Assembly: GCA_965250195.1 (NCBI GenBank)
Contig: OZ252295.1
Coordinates: forward strand, 2,586,887-2,650,886
Direction of reading: 5' to 3'
From: Dehalococcoidia bacterium
Lineage (GTDB): Bacteria; Chloroflexota; Dehalococcoidia; Lucifugimonadales; UBA2962
Length of the DNA: 64,000 nt
Part shown: one piece after another, positions 9,565 to 18,835 of the stretch
Layout: each line of letters opens with the position of its first letter
How positions within the stretch are numbered: the stretch's first letter is position 1
Made by a program: the position numbers and the translations under genes
Notes under the pieces: generated by a model
Seen by the model: the letters and a program-made list of their open reading frames with translations, nothing else
What the model was told of the DNA's origin: nothing
The model's database searches: none

Positions 9565-10056
9565 TTAGTCAGGCAGGGCCTGTATTTGCCGTATAACGAA
9601 TTGCTGCTGGTTGTGGCGCTCGTCGGAGGTGATCTCTATCCAGTTACCGTCCGGGTCCTGCATGTAGCACTCCCACATGCCGGGCAGCACTTCTATCGGG
9701 TCGTTGAGCGCCGTGCCGCCAATGCTCACCAGGCGCTTCCAGACGGCTACGGAGTCCTCGACGAAGAAGGCCAGGTGGGTACCGCCGATGCGCCGCCGCT
9801 CGTACAGGATGGGGTCAGCGGTGTCGAGGGTGGGCGGGTCGACGTACTGGATGATCTCCAGCATGTGCCCGTCCGCCCCGGCGAGCATGGAGGCGTAGAT
9901 GCGGGCATTGGGGTAGCCAACGACCTGCCCCAGCTCTTCGCTCTGGATGTCGAATTTTCTAAGCTCTTCCAGGCCAAGGCCCTCGATGTAGAACTTGCGG
10001 GACACTTCGAGGTCTTTGACGACGAAGCCGGTGTGGTTCATTACTACTCTGGTCAT
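9565..10056 (-). CDS. VOC/glyoxalase family protein, tandem paralog 2
   Basis: NHTGFVVKDLEVSRKFY ... DPDGNWIEI. Confidence 0.75.
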   Translation of the reverse strand: MTRVVMNHTGFVVKDLEVSRKFYIEGLGLEELRKFDIQSEELGQVVGYPNARIYASMLAGADGHMLEIIQYVDPPTLDTADPILYERRRIGGTHLAFFVEDSVAVWKRLVSIGGTALNDPIEVLPGMWECYMQDPDGNWIEITSDERHNQQQFVIRQIQALPD

Positions 10057-10059
10057 TGG

Positions 10060-10560
10060 TTACTTCTCCTGACGTGCAACGGGTATTCCAAGGTTCTGGC
10101 GGGTGGTGAAGGGCTGGCGCTTGTGCACCTCGTCCTCGATTAGCTCTATCCAGTTGCCGTCCGGGTCCTGCAGGTAGCAGGCGCTCAGGCCGTCGAAGAC
10201 GGGCACCGGGGGGTTCAGTTTCGCGCCGCCCAGTTCGAGCAGCGCGGCGTACGTGGCGTTGATGTCGCGCACGACGAAGCACAGGTGCGCCGCCCCAAAG
10301 CGAGCACGCGTCCGCTGGGAGCCGGGTTCGAAGGGCTCGCCGACGGGGCTCAGGTACTGGATGAGCTCCAGCGTGTGGCCGTCTACTCCGACGAGCATGG
10401 CGATATCTAAGACCGCGTCCTCGTAGCCCACGACGCTCCTGACGCCGGGGCTGTCGGACAGGACGTGGTTGTATTGCTCAAGGCCGAGACCCTGGGTGTA
10501 AAAACGCACAGAACGGTCCAGGTCTTGGACTGCGAATCCGGTGTGATGCAGTGTGGTCAA
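10060..10560 (-). CDS. VOC/glyoxalase family protein, tandem paralog 3
   Basis: In-frame TTG at 10560-10558 preceded by GGAGGA gives LTTLHHTGFAVQDLDRSVRFY ... DPDGNWIELI. The longer track ORF (to 10791) has a non-homologous extension. Confidence 0.7.
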   Translation of the reverse strand: MTTLHHTGFAVQDLDRSVRFYTQGLGLEQYNHVLSDSPGVRSVVGYEDAVLDIAMLVGVDGHTLELIQYLSPVGEPFEPGSQRTRARFGAAHLCFVVRDINATYAALLELGGAKLNPPVPVFDGLSACYLQDPDGNWIELIEDEVHKRQPFTTRQNLGIPVARQEK

Positions 10561-10746
10561 ATTGCGCTTCCTCCAGGCCTGCGGCCATTTTATGGAGTCC
10601 CCGTGCCGTGTCAACGAAGCTGGTCTGGCCGGGCTATTGAAATGCCGGGTCGGCGGGATTACCTTAAGGCCGGTCAAAAGAATCGCCGTCCGGTCCCGAC
10701 CAAGAAGGAACGAGGAGCCGGGGGCGCAACTGGAGGAAACGAGACG

Positions 10747-11916
10747 ATGACTATTATCGACCTGAAGGCGAGCCCGGTTTTTGACGTGCACTGCTTTGCC
10801 TACCGAAACGCGGCGATGACCCGCGACGACCTGGCCGGGCAGTACGCGATGGTGGGGACGTCGCTTCCCAACATGAGCGAGGCTGAACGGATCGCGACGG
10901 CGACCCGGCAGGGCTTAACGACGGGCGCCTTGAACAAGCGTATAAAGGACCTGGCCCGGTATCTGGGCACGGAGGCGACTATAGACGCCGTCATTGCAGA
11001 GCGCGAAAGGCGGCGAGAGGCCGATTTCGACGGTTATGTGGCCGGGATGTGGGACGACCAGGCGATAAAGGGCCTGGGCGTGGATATGGCGCTCGGTACG
11101 CTGGCGGACGTCGATGCGTTCGACGCAACGTACCCTGGCTTCGTGCGCAAGGTCTACCGGCTCACGACTCTTGTACGCGACTTGCTGGAGAGTTCCAACA
11201 GCTTCGAAAACCTGGTTGCGGACTACGACGCGGCGATGACGAAGGCTGTGCGGGAGGACGGCGCGGTGGCCTTTAAGTCGATCATTGCCTACCGAACCGG
11301 CCTGGACATAAAGAAGGTGACCGAAGGCGACGCCGCCGCCGCCTTCGCCAGGCGCAAGGACGAGCCGACCTGGTTCGGGTACCGAGTCAAGGAACTAAGG
11401 GATTTCCTGCTCCGACGGGCCGTCCTGAACTCTATCGACCTGGATGCGATGGTGATGATTCACACCGGACTCGGCGACAGCGAGATCGTGGCCAAGGCGT
11501 GCAGTCCGATCAACCTGTGGGACCTGCTCAGGGACGACGAGACGATGGCCTGTAAGACGATGCTCATTCACGGCGGCTTCCCCTACACGAACGAGGCGAT
11601 CTATATGACGAGCGTCCTGCCGAATCTGTATTTCGACCTGTCAGCCGGGACGGGACCGGCGTTTTTGGAGAAGGCTGTCGGACCCGATAGGTTTGGAGAC
11701 ATTATGCGCTCCGCCCCGAACGAGAAGATCATGTACAGCTCGGACGCGGGCGAGGGCGGGCCGGAGACGATGTGGCACGACTGCCTGACGGCCAAGCACG
11801 CGCTCGGGACGGCGCTGGGACGCATGGTCGATGAGGGGTACTACACCGAGGCAGAGGCGAAGGCCGCCGGCGAGGGCGCACTGTACGGCAACGCGGCCAG
11901 GGTGTTCGGCTTCTAA
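10747..11916 (+). CDS. amidohydrolase-family (TIM-barrel metal hydrolase) protein
   Basis: ATG at 10747 (MTIIDLKASPVFDVHCFAY). Later IHTGLGD and LIHGGFPY...DLS resemble amidohydrolase-2 motifs. Its stop overlaps the ggt start (TAATG). Confidence 0.55.
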   Translation: MTIIDLKASPVFDVHCFAYRNAAMTRDDLAGQYAMVGTSLPNMSEAERIATATRQGLTTGALNKRIKDLARYLGTEATIDAVIAERERRREADFDGYVAGMWDDQAIKGLGVDMALGTLADVDAFDATYPGFVRKVYRLTTLVRDLLESSNSFENLVADYDAAMTKAVREDGAVAFKSIIAYRTGLDIKKVTEGDAAAAFARRKDEPTWFGYRVKELRDFLLRRAVLNSIDLDAMVMIHTGLGDSEIVAKACSPINLWDLLRDDETMACKTMLIHGGFPYTNEAIYMTSVLPNLYFDLSAGTGPAFLEKAVGPDRFGDIMRSAPNEKIMYSSDAGEGGPETMWHDCLTAKHALGTALGRMVDEGYYTEAEAKAAGEGALYGNAARVFGF

Positions 11917-13523
11917 TGAGCGACTACGACCACACGGAAATTGCGGTCCGCGATGCCCGGGGCGGCGAGGGCATGGTGTCCTCAGGCAGCGGGTACGCCT
12001 CTGAAGCAGGGGCCAGGGTGCTGCGAGAGGGCGGCAACGCCGTGGACGCGGCCGCAGCGACGTCGCTGGCTCTGTCGGTCGCCGCAACACCGTATTCAGG
12101 CGTGGGCGGCGGCGGGTTCATGCTGGTGCATATGGAAGAGCGGGGCAAGAGCCTGATGCTCGACTACCGGGAGAATTCTCCGGCAGGGGCCCCAGGTGAT
12201 TTATTCAACCTCGACGCCGACGGGAATGTGACGGGCGACGAGAATCATCTCGGGGTGAAAGCACCGGCGGTCCCAGGCACTTTCGCTGGCATGGCGATGG
12301 CTTTGGAAAAATTCGGCACGATGAGCCTTGCGCAGGTGGCCGAACACGCCGTTGCCTACGGGCGCGACGGCTTTGCCATTACGCCGTTCCTGGGCTGGGT
12401 GCTGAGTAATGACGTGGACATGGCCGAGTCGAAGTTCAGCCGCAGCGAAGACGCCTCGGAAATATGGCTCAAGGCCGACGGCTCGGGCTACAAGACGGGC
12501 GAGGTTTTCTACAACACTCAGCTGGCGAACACGATTGAGGCCGTCGCTACCAAGGGCGTTGGGGAGTTTTACGAGGGGCCGGTGGCCGAAAGCGCCGGGC
12601 GCTACATGGAGGCCAACGGCGGGCCGATGCGGGCGTCCGATTTTGCTGCATATCGGCCGATTCTTCGAACACCGATTCGGGGGACGTTCAAGGGGCTGCG
12701 CTACGTGACGTCGGCGCCGCCCAGCTCGGGCGGCATCGCCATGAATCAGCTTTATCGGCTGCTCGAACCCTATGACCTGGCCGCGACGGGCCACAACACG
12801 GTCGAGACTATCGACACGATGTGCAAGGCGTACAAGCAGGTGTACGCGGCGCGCGACCTGATCGCCGACCCGGACTATGAGCCGATCGACATTAACAGGC
12901 TGACTTCCGATGCATTCCTCGCTGACCTGCGCACCAACGCAGGCCTCATCCCGGCTTCGCCGGGGGGCGACGGTAGCCAGACGTCGCACTTCTCGACGGT
13001 CGACAGCCGGGGCAACGCGGTGGCGAGCACGGAGTCGCTGGAGGCGTTCTTCGGCTCCGGTGTGGTGATTCCAGGCACGGGCGTGTTCCTGAACAACACG
13101 ATGGGCGACTTCGACCCGGTGCCGGGCAGGCTCAACTCGATTGTCGGGGGCAAGCGGCCCCGCTCAGCGATGAGCCCGATTATCTTCTTGCGCGACGGCA
13201 AGCCGGTACTGGTGGTGGGCTCCGCCGCCGGGCCACGCATCATCACGGTGGTTTCGCAGGTGGTGTTAAACGTGCTGGTGCACGGGATGGACGTTCAGTC
13301 GGCCATTGTTGCGCCGAGGTTCCATTACGACGGCGCGGAGCTACACGTGGAGGGACGCATCGGACAGGACGTGCGCGACGGCCTGACGGCGAGGGGCTAC
13401 AAGATTGCGGTGGCCGACCCGATCACGTTCGAGTTCGGCGGGGTGCACGCGATCACGGTGGGCCCGGACGGCACCCACGGGGGCGCAGACCCGCGCCGCG
13501 ACGGCGTAGCCAAGGCGCAGTAG
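11916..13523 (+). CDS. ggt: gamma-glutamyltranspeptidase family protein
   Basis: 535 aa. Autoprocessing/nucleophile region GSQTSHFSTVDSRGNAVA. C-terminal GGADPRRDG. Confidence 0.85.
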   Translation: MSDYDHTEIAVRDARGGEGMVSSGSGYASEAGARVLREGGNAVDAAAATSLALSVAATPYSGVGGGGFMLVHMEERGKSLMLDYRENSPAGAPGDLFNLDADGNVTGDENHLGVKAPAVPGTFAGMAMALEKFGTMSLAQVAEHAVAYGRDGFAITPFLGWVLSNDVDMAESKFSRSEDASEIWLKADGSGYKTGEVFYNTQLANTIEAVATKGVGEFYEGPVAESAGRYMEANGGPMRASDFAAYRPILRTPIRGTFKGLRYVTSAPPSSGGIAMNQLYRLLEPYDLAATGHNTVETIDTMCKAYKQVYAARDLIADPDYEPIDINRLTSDAFLADLRTNAGLIPASPGGDGSQTSHFSTVDSRGNAVASTESLEAFFGSGVVIPGTGVFLNNTMGDFDPVPGRLNSIVGGKRPRSAMSPIIFLRDGKPVLVVGSAAGPRIITVVSQVVLNVLVHGMDVQSAIVAPRFHYDGAELHVEGRIGQDVRDGLTARGYKIAVADPITFEFGGVHAITVGPDGTHGGADPRRDGVAKAQ

Positions 13524-13542
13524 AGACCGCCCAATTGCGAAA

Positions 13543-13590
13543 GCGATGAGGCCAACAGCCGAAGAGCCCTAGAGCGCGCCACGCGCGGAG
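13543..13590 (+). repeat. direct repeat copy 1 (about 48 nt) bracketing the MBL gene
   Basis: GCGATGAGGCCAACAGCCGAAGAGCCCTAGAGCGCGCCACGCGCGGAG. Near-identical copy at 14349-14396. Contains a GCGCG-N3-CGCGC hairpin. Confidence 0.8.
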
Positions 13591-13596
13591 GACCTA

Positions 13597-14355
13597 ATGC
13601 AGTTATTACCCGATCTCTATTTGCTCAATGGCTTCGCCTATGCGACCCACGCCAACTTCTACCTGCTGCGTAGCGACGAGGGGAACGTTCTCATCGACTC
13701 GGGGACGTTCCCTTCAGACTTGGAGAGTGCGGAGCGGCAGCTTGCGGTCTGGGGGCTGAACCTGGATTCGGTGGATCACCTGCTGCTGACGCACGCCCAC
13801 TACGACCACGTCGCCAACGCGGCTACTCTGCGGGAGCGGGGTGCGACAGTGGTGGCGGGGCCGGGGGACGCAGAGGGGATTGCGCTGGCCGATAACCGCA
13901 CCCTGCCCTATGTGGGCTACCCCGTACAGCCGTGCGAGGTGGACAGGGTCGTCAGGGACGGCGATGTGATCGAGGCGGCGGGCTTTCGCATTACGGCGAT
14001 TCACGCGCCGGGACACACGGATGGGTGCATCATCTACGAGGTGGATCACGCCGGGCGCAAGGTCTGGTTCACCGGCGACGTGCTGATGGCACCGGCAGAG
14101 GATTTCGAAGCCCAGCTAGGGTGGGAGGGTTCCGAAGAGTTCGACCGGGAGACCTATATCGAGAGCCTGAAACGACTGGCGGCGATGAGGCCGGACGTGG
14201 TGCTGGCCGGCCACTTCATCCCTTACCTGCGGGACGGCTGGAGGCTGGTGGGTCGCGCCTACATGAAGGCGCTGCTGGAGTGGCGCGGCCCCAGCGCCCG
14301 GTCCGGGGCGGTACCGGCGTCGTCAAAGGTGGACGTGGACGGCCAAAGCCGATGA
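13597..14355 (+). CDS. MBL-fold metallo-hydrolase
   Basis: HAHYDHV (HxHxDH) motif and downstream HAPGHT. Confidence 0.8.
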   Translation: MQLLPDLYLLNGFAYATHANFYLLRSDEGNVLIDSGTFPSDLESAERQLAVWGLNLDSVDHLLLTHAHYDHVANAATLRERGATVVAGPGDAEGIALADNRTLPYVGYPVQPCEVDRVVRDGDVIEAAGFRITAIHAPGHTDGCIIYEVDHAGRKVWFTGDVLMAPAEDFEAQLGWEGSEEFDRETYIESLKRLAAMRPDVVLAGHFIPYLRDGWRLVGRAYMKALLEWRGPSARSGAVPASSKVDVDGQSR

Positions 14356-14396
14356 GGCCAAGAGCCGAAGAGCCCTAGAGCGCGCCCCGCGCGGAG
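14349..14396 (+). repeat. direct repeat copy 2 bracketing the MBL gene
   Basis: CCGATGAGGCCAAGAGCCGAAGAGCCCTAGAGCGCGCCCCGCGCGGAG. Overlaps the MBL stop codon and ends 4 nt before the stop of the convergent DUF2652 gene. Confidence 0.8.
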
Positions 14397-14399
14397 AGC

Positions 14400-15575
14400 C
14401 TAGCTTGTCAGGGCGCCGCCCACGGCCTCTTTGACCTCTTCGGGGCTTATCTCGACCGGTGACTGCGCCGCTTCGGGATCGACGACGAGGCCGCTGGCCA
14501 GGTCCTGTTTCAGTCTCTCGTCCAGGGCGCGGCAACCTTTCGCAACGGTGCCGGTGATGACGAACCGACAGTACAGGTCGGAAATGAAGCGACCCAGGAA
14601 AAAGCCCCCCTGGCCGCGACCGAAATAGGCGGTGGTTTTGGTCTTTCGCCCGCCGTCCACCGGGACCAGTTTTATCGTGGCCAGGACCTTGCTATCCATA
14701 ATGGTGGGACTCATGAATGAGTACTCTTGCGGCGGCCGCCAGTCGACGATGGTTTGAGGAAAAACGGAGTCGCCGTGGGCGCAGTAGTAGGTGGTGTCGG
14801 GCCCGAGTCGGCCTTCTGCCTGGCCGCCGATCTTGCTGTCGTCGGAGTCCATGAGAATCGCCCGAAATTCGGGCTTGGTCGCGTAGTCCCAGACCAAGCC
14901 CGCGCTGACTCCGAACGTGTACTCGATTGTCGCCACCGCATCGGCACGATCGACGGAGATGCGGGCGCGGTCGCGCTCACGCTCCCATACGGCGCTCATG
15001 TCCTGGACGAGGAGCCCCACTTCGCCGAGGTGCTCGTAGCGCTCAGTGTGCTTGATCATGCCGCCGCACATTTCGGCGGCGTCCAGGGCACTGACGGCGG
15101 CCTCGGTGTAGGCGGCGTAGGCGGCGAACCCGGTGGTCTCGGTGATGGTGTTTTTGGTCAGCCGTTACAACAGCGTTACGTCGGTGCCGACAAGATCGAC
15201 CCGTGAGCCAAGCTTCTGGATGGCGAACTCGCCGTGGTGGACGAAGAATTTCAGGTCGAGGCTGGGGATGTTTTTGCAGGCGTTGCAGGTGCAGGTGGTG
15301 TTGAGCACCATCTGTTCCAGAGCGCGCCGGAAGACCACATAAGTCTGTTCTATCGCCTCGATCAGGGTCTGGCCCTGGACGAAGGTGCCCTCCACGGCGT
15401 AGGTGAAGATGGCGTCGCCCTCCAGATTGGCGACTTTTAGCGGTGGCCTGGTCTCGCTTAGAAGTAGGTTGAGCAGGCTACTCAGGCTGTCGCGAGCATG
15501 TTCGAGCTCGGAACCGCTGAGAAAGGCCGTGTACCCGGTGATGTCCGCTATTACCAGAGTGCCGTTTTGCGCCAT
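14400..15575 (-). pseudogene. DUF2652-type protein (N-terminal nucleotide-cyclase-like domain plus SRPBCC-like C-terminal domain) interrupted by one in-frame TAA
   Basis: ORFs 15165..15575 and 14400..15071 are in the same frame. My translation across the gap reads ..GTDVTLL*RLTKNTITETTGFAAYAAYTEAAVSALDAAEMCGGMIKH.. with a single TAA at 15167-15165. N-terminus is MAQNGTLVIADITGYTAFL. Confidence 0.65.
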
Positions 15576-15610
15576 ATCGCTCTCCCTGGGTTAGCCCTTC
15601 ACGCTAACGG

Positions 15611-16981
15611 TTAGTACTTGTTGTAGTGCCGCTTTAGCTCGAAGTCGAGGTCGTGAGCCGCGAAGTGCCCCTGCTCGAATTTGCGCAGGATTACGAACGG
15701 CTCGCCGAGCAGCGGGCCCATGGCGTTGACGAGGATCTCGTCGCGTTCCAACGCCTCTATCGCCTCGGGCAGGCTCGCAGGCAGGTGGGTGATGCCGCGC
15801 TCCAATCTCTCGGTCCGCGACAGGGTGGCCGGGTCGATGTCGGCGAACTGGGACGGCCTGGGCTTGAGCTCGCGGTCGATGCCGTCCAGCCCGGCCGTGA
15901 TGATGGCACCGATGGCGAGGTAGGGATTCGCACTGTTGTCGGCGGGCTTTATCTCGATGTTCGCGCTAGCCATCTCGTTGCCCTTGTACTGGGACGGTAT
16001 GCGTATAGGGGATTCACGGTTGTCAGAACCATACGTAAGGTATTCTCCCCCGCTCCACGAACCTGGGTGGAATCTGCGATAACTGTTCACGCTGGGGGCG
16101 ATGATGGCCATGAGACCCGGCAGGTGTTCTACCACACCGGCCAAGAAGTGGCTGCCCATGGTACTGAGGGAATATGGCCCCTGCTTGCCGTAGAAGAGGT
16201 TGGTCTTGCCGGACGAGTCGACGGCGCTGACGTGGATGTGGCCGCCGGCGCCCGCCTGGTCAGGGAACGGCTTGGGCATAAACGTTGCCGCCAGACCGTG
16301 GGCGTAAGCGGTGTTGCGGACGGCCTCGCGGTAGAAGATGTGGTTGTCTGCCGCCCGCAGGGCGGGCTCGGGGCGCACGGTGACCTCGACGTGGCCGGGG
16401 CCGGACTCCGGGTAGTAGGTCTCTACGTCCATTCCCAACGTCTCCAGGTTGGCAAGCAGCTCGTCGATGAACTCGACGTACGGGGTGTAGCCGGGCAGGT
16501 GGAAGGACTGGCTGTCTTCGATGGGCCGGTAGTAGTCGGTCTCCGGGTCGTAGCGGCCCACGTACCACTCGGGCTCCAGGCCGACCCGCATGTCCAGGCC
16601 ACGGTCCTGTGCGTTGGAGATTTGTTGTTTCAGGAATGTGCGGGGACACGACCAGGGGGTCATATCGAGCTGCAGCAGGTCACCCATGATCATCGCGCGA
16701 GATGGTGCCCAAGGGAGCGGCACGAAGGCGTCCATTGACTCAATGTCGGGGAAGATGCGCGCCTCGCCCGCCGGACCCATGCTATCGATTGTCGCCAACA
16801 GGTCCAGGTCGGTGGCCGCCTGCTGGCCGACGGTCAAACCGATGCCCGAGTCGAGCCTGCGAGCGAGATGCCGGACGTGGGTGGCCTTGCCCCGAATGAG
16901 GTTGGCGTTGTCACAGTAAGCGAAGATGACCAGCTTTACGCCGGACTCTTCCGCTATGCGTACGACGTCTTGTTTCTTCAA
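15611..16981 (-). CDS. glutamine synthetase family protein (type I-like; possibly a gamma-glutamyl-amine ligase)
   Basis: 456 aa. GS beta-grasp N-domain and catalytic domain signatures (GLEPEWY, GPGHVEVT, GAGGHIHVS, NSYRR). Confidence 0.8.
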   Translation of the reverse strand: MKKQDVVRIAEESGVKLVIFAYCDNANLIRGKATHVRHLARRLDSGIGLTVGQQAATDLDLLATIDSMGPAGEARIFPDIESMDAFVPLPWAPSRAMIMGDLLQLDMTPWSCPRTFLKQQISNAQDRGLDMRVGLEPEWYVGRYDPETDYYRPIEDSQSFHLPGYTPYVEFIDELLANLETLGMDVETYYPESGPGHVEVTVRPEPALRAADNHIFYREAVRNTAYAHGLAATFMPKPFPDQAGAGGHIHVSAVDSSGKTNLFYGKQGPYSLSTMGSHFLAGVVEHLPGLMAIIAPSVNSYRRFHPGSWSGGEYLTYGSDNRESPIRIPSQYKGNEMASANIEIKPADNSANPYLAIGAIITAGLDGIDRELKPRPSQFADIDPATLSRTERLERGITHLPASLPEAIEALERDEILVNAMGPLLGEPFVILRKFEQGHFAAHDLDFELKRHYNKY

Positions 16982-16990
16982 TCTGCCCCT

Positions 16991-17515
16991 CTAGACGAAC
17001 CGGGCCGATGCCATGGCGCCCACGCCGACGAGGGTGAGAACGGCGGTGGACCGGCCGGCGATTTTCAGCCGCTGACTGAGCGCCGCCATGCGAGCCAGCA
17101 ACTCTGGCGGGGGCGGACCGTCGGCCGCCTTCACCTGCGCGCCCAGCTTGGCCATCCCATTGGCCGCAATCCCGGTGGTTATGCCGGTGCCGAATGCCAG
17201 TACCGAGACGATGAAGCCGAGGAGGATGGCGACTCCCCAGGCCGAGTCGAAGACGACGCGTTTGGTGGCCTCCAGCCTGAACGCCAGCGCGATGCCCACA
17301 CCGATGGTGAGGGTCGCGACGATCCCGATCATAGGGCCCATTTTTCTGCTCAGGGAACTCATTACCGGGCCCTTGATGCTGGGCCCGAGTTTTTCCAGCG
17401 TGGGCTCGAGTATGAGGGCGAGGAACACCGAGGCGCCGACCCAGATTGATCCGGCGACGATGTGGAGTGTACGTAGGACTACGAACTCTGGTTCAGACAA
17501 TGTGTGACCCCTCAA
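16991..17515 (-). CDS. integral membrane protein (about 4 TM), function unknown
   Basis: Hydrophobic segments throughout the 174-aa ORF. No specific motif. Confidence 0.5.
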   Translation of the reverse strand: MRGHTLSEPEFVVLRTLHIVAGSIWVGASVFLALILEPTLEKLGPSIKGPVMSSLSRKMGPMIGIVATLTIGVGIALAFRLEATKRVVFDSAWGVAILLGFIVSVLAFGTGITTGIAANGMAKLGAQVKAADGPPPPELLARMAALSQRLKIAGRSTAVLTLVGVGAMASARFV

Positions 17516-17611
17516 TTGCGGTTGAGGCGCTAGTTTATCATCGCGCTTTTCGCCGTGGCGTCGCGGGGCCCGCTGGTCTGGCGAATGCCCACGGGGGACC
17601 GTCGGGCCAAA

Positions 17612-18343
17612 CTATCTGGCGGCGGCCGCTAGCTCGGCGTCGATGGCGTGACGGAAGACTTCGATGGGGCGGGCCCCCACGAGCCGTTTGCCGTTGATGA
17701 AAAATGTCGGGGTGCCGTCAGCGCCAAAGCGCTGACCGTTCTGGATGTCGCTGACGACGAGGTCGCGCTTGGATTCGTTCTCAAGACACTGGATGAAGGC
17801 CGGTACGTCGAGACCGAGCCCGGCCGCGATGGCGACGAGGGTGTCGGGCACGAGGGAATCGGGGGAACTGAACAGGGCCTCGTTGTAGTCCCAGAAACGA
17901 CCCTGGTCGTGGGCGCACTCGGCGGCGAGACTGGCCGTGAACGCCAGTGGATGTATTGAGGTGAGGGGGAAGTTGACGGCGACGTAACGGATGCGGTCGC
18001 CATATTCGTCCAGTAGCAACGGCAAGACCTGGCTGTGGTGACGACGGCAGAACGGGCACTCGTAGTCGGTCATTTCTACGATTGTCACAGGGGCATCGGC
18101 GCTGCCCAGCGTGGGACGTTCCGACAGGTCGAGGTCGAAGACGACCGGTTGGGCCGATTGGGCGAATTGGGCCTGGTCGCCAGTTTCCGGAGTTGTGTCC
18201 CCGCCGCCGTCGACGAAGGCCAGCGCGTAGCCGATGCCGCCGGCGAAGCCGACGACGAGCGCGACGACGACGAACATGGCGGTCCGGTAGGACTGGCTCT
18301 CAGTCGCCTTGTCGGCGGCGCGCCTGTGCGATTTTCGTGCCAC
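17612..18343 (-). CDS. DsbA-family thiol:disulfide oxidoreductase, membrane anchored
   Basis: N-terminal TM helix and a thioredoxin-fold CPFC active site (YECPFCRRHH). Confidence 0.8.
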   Translation of the reverse strand: MARKSHRRAADKATESQSYRTAMFVVVALVVGFAGGIGYALAFVDGGGDTTPETGDQAQFAQSAQPVVFDLDLSERPTLGSADAPVTIVEMTDYECPFCRRHHSQVLPLLLDEYGDRIRYVAVNFPLTSIHPLAFTASLAAECAHDQGRFWDYNEALFSSPDSLVPDTLVAIAAGLGLDVPAFIQCLENESKRDLVVSDIQNGQRFGADGTPTFFINGKRLVGARPIEVFRHAIDAELAAAAR

Positions 18344-18430
18344 AGTCTTCAGATACGGGCAGGGTGGACCGGATGCGCCCAGGCCGGATGCGGCCGAGGC
18401 GACTGCGCCGGCGCCAGCGTCGGGGTTCCC

Positions 18431-18790
18431 TCAGGCCGTCGGCTTACCGGAAGTCTCGCCGTTGGTCAGGTCGCGCTCGAGCGAGGTGGCCAGGTCGCGC
18501 AGGTCGATGTCGCCGCCCTCCTCCAGCCGCCCCACCGGGACGGCCGGGAGGGTTGCCACGTGCAGGCCGCCCCGCACGCCCAGTTCGAGGGAGAAGCGGG
18601 CGATGGCGTCGTTGTCCGGCGCTCGCACGACGGAGATGAAGTCGTACTGGCCCAGAATGGCGTAGCAGCTCAGGACCTGGGTTTCCCCGACCGCGATGTC
18701 GTCCTGTATCTGCAAGACGTGGTCGGGGTCTTCGAGGGCCATTTCGCGGCCGCCCTGGGTCAGGGTCAGCAGCAGGATGTAGGTAGACAG
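18431..18790 (-). CDS. GYD-domain protein (start uncertain)
   Basis: GQYDFISVV core. The family N-terminus (STYILLLTLTQGG) lies upstream of the first ATG (18742). The only candidate start there is CTG 18790, after GGAGAA. Confidence 0.55.
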   Translation of the reverse strand: MSTYILLLTLTQGGREMALEDPDHVLQIQDDIAVGETQVLSCYAILGQYDFISVVRAPDNDAIARFSLELGVRGGLHVATLPAVPVGRLEEGGDIDLRDLATSLERDLTNGETSGKPTA

Positions 18791-18835
18791 AACTCGTTCT
18801 CCAAGCTTGTTAAGCGCTACTCAAGCTTAACCGAG

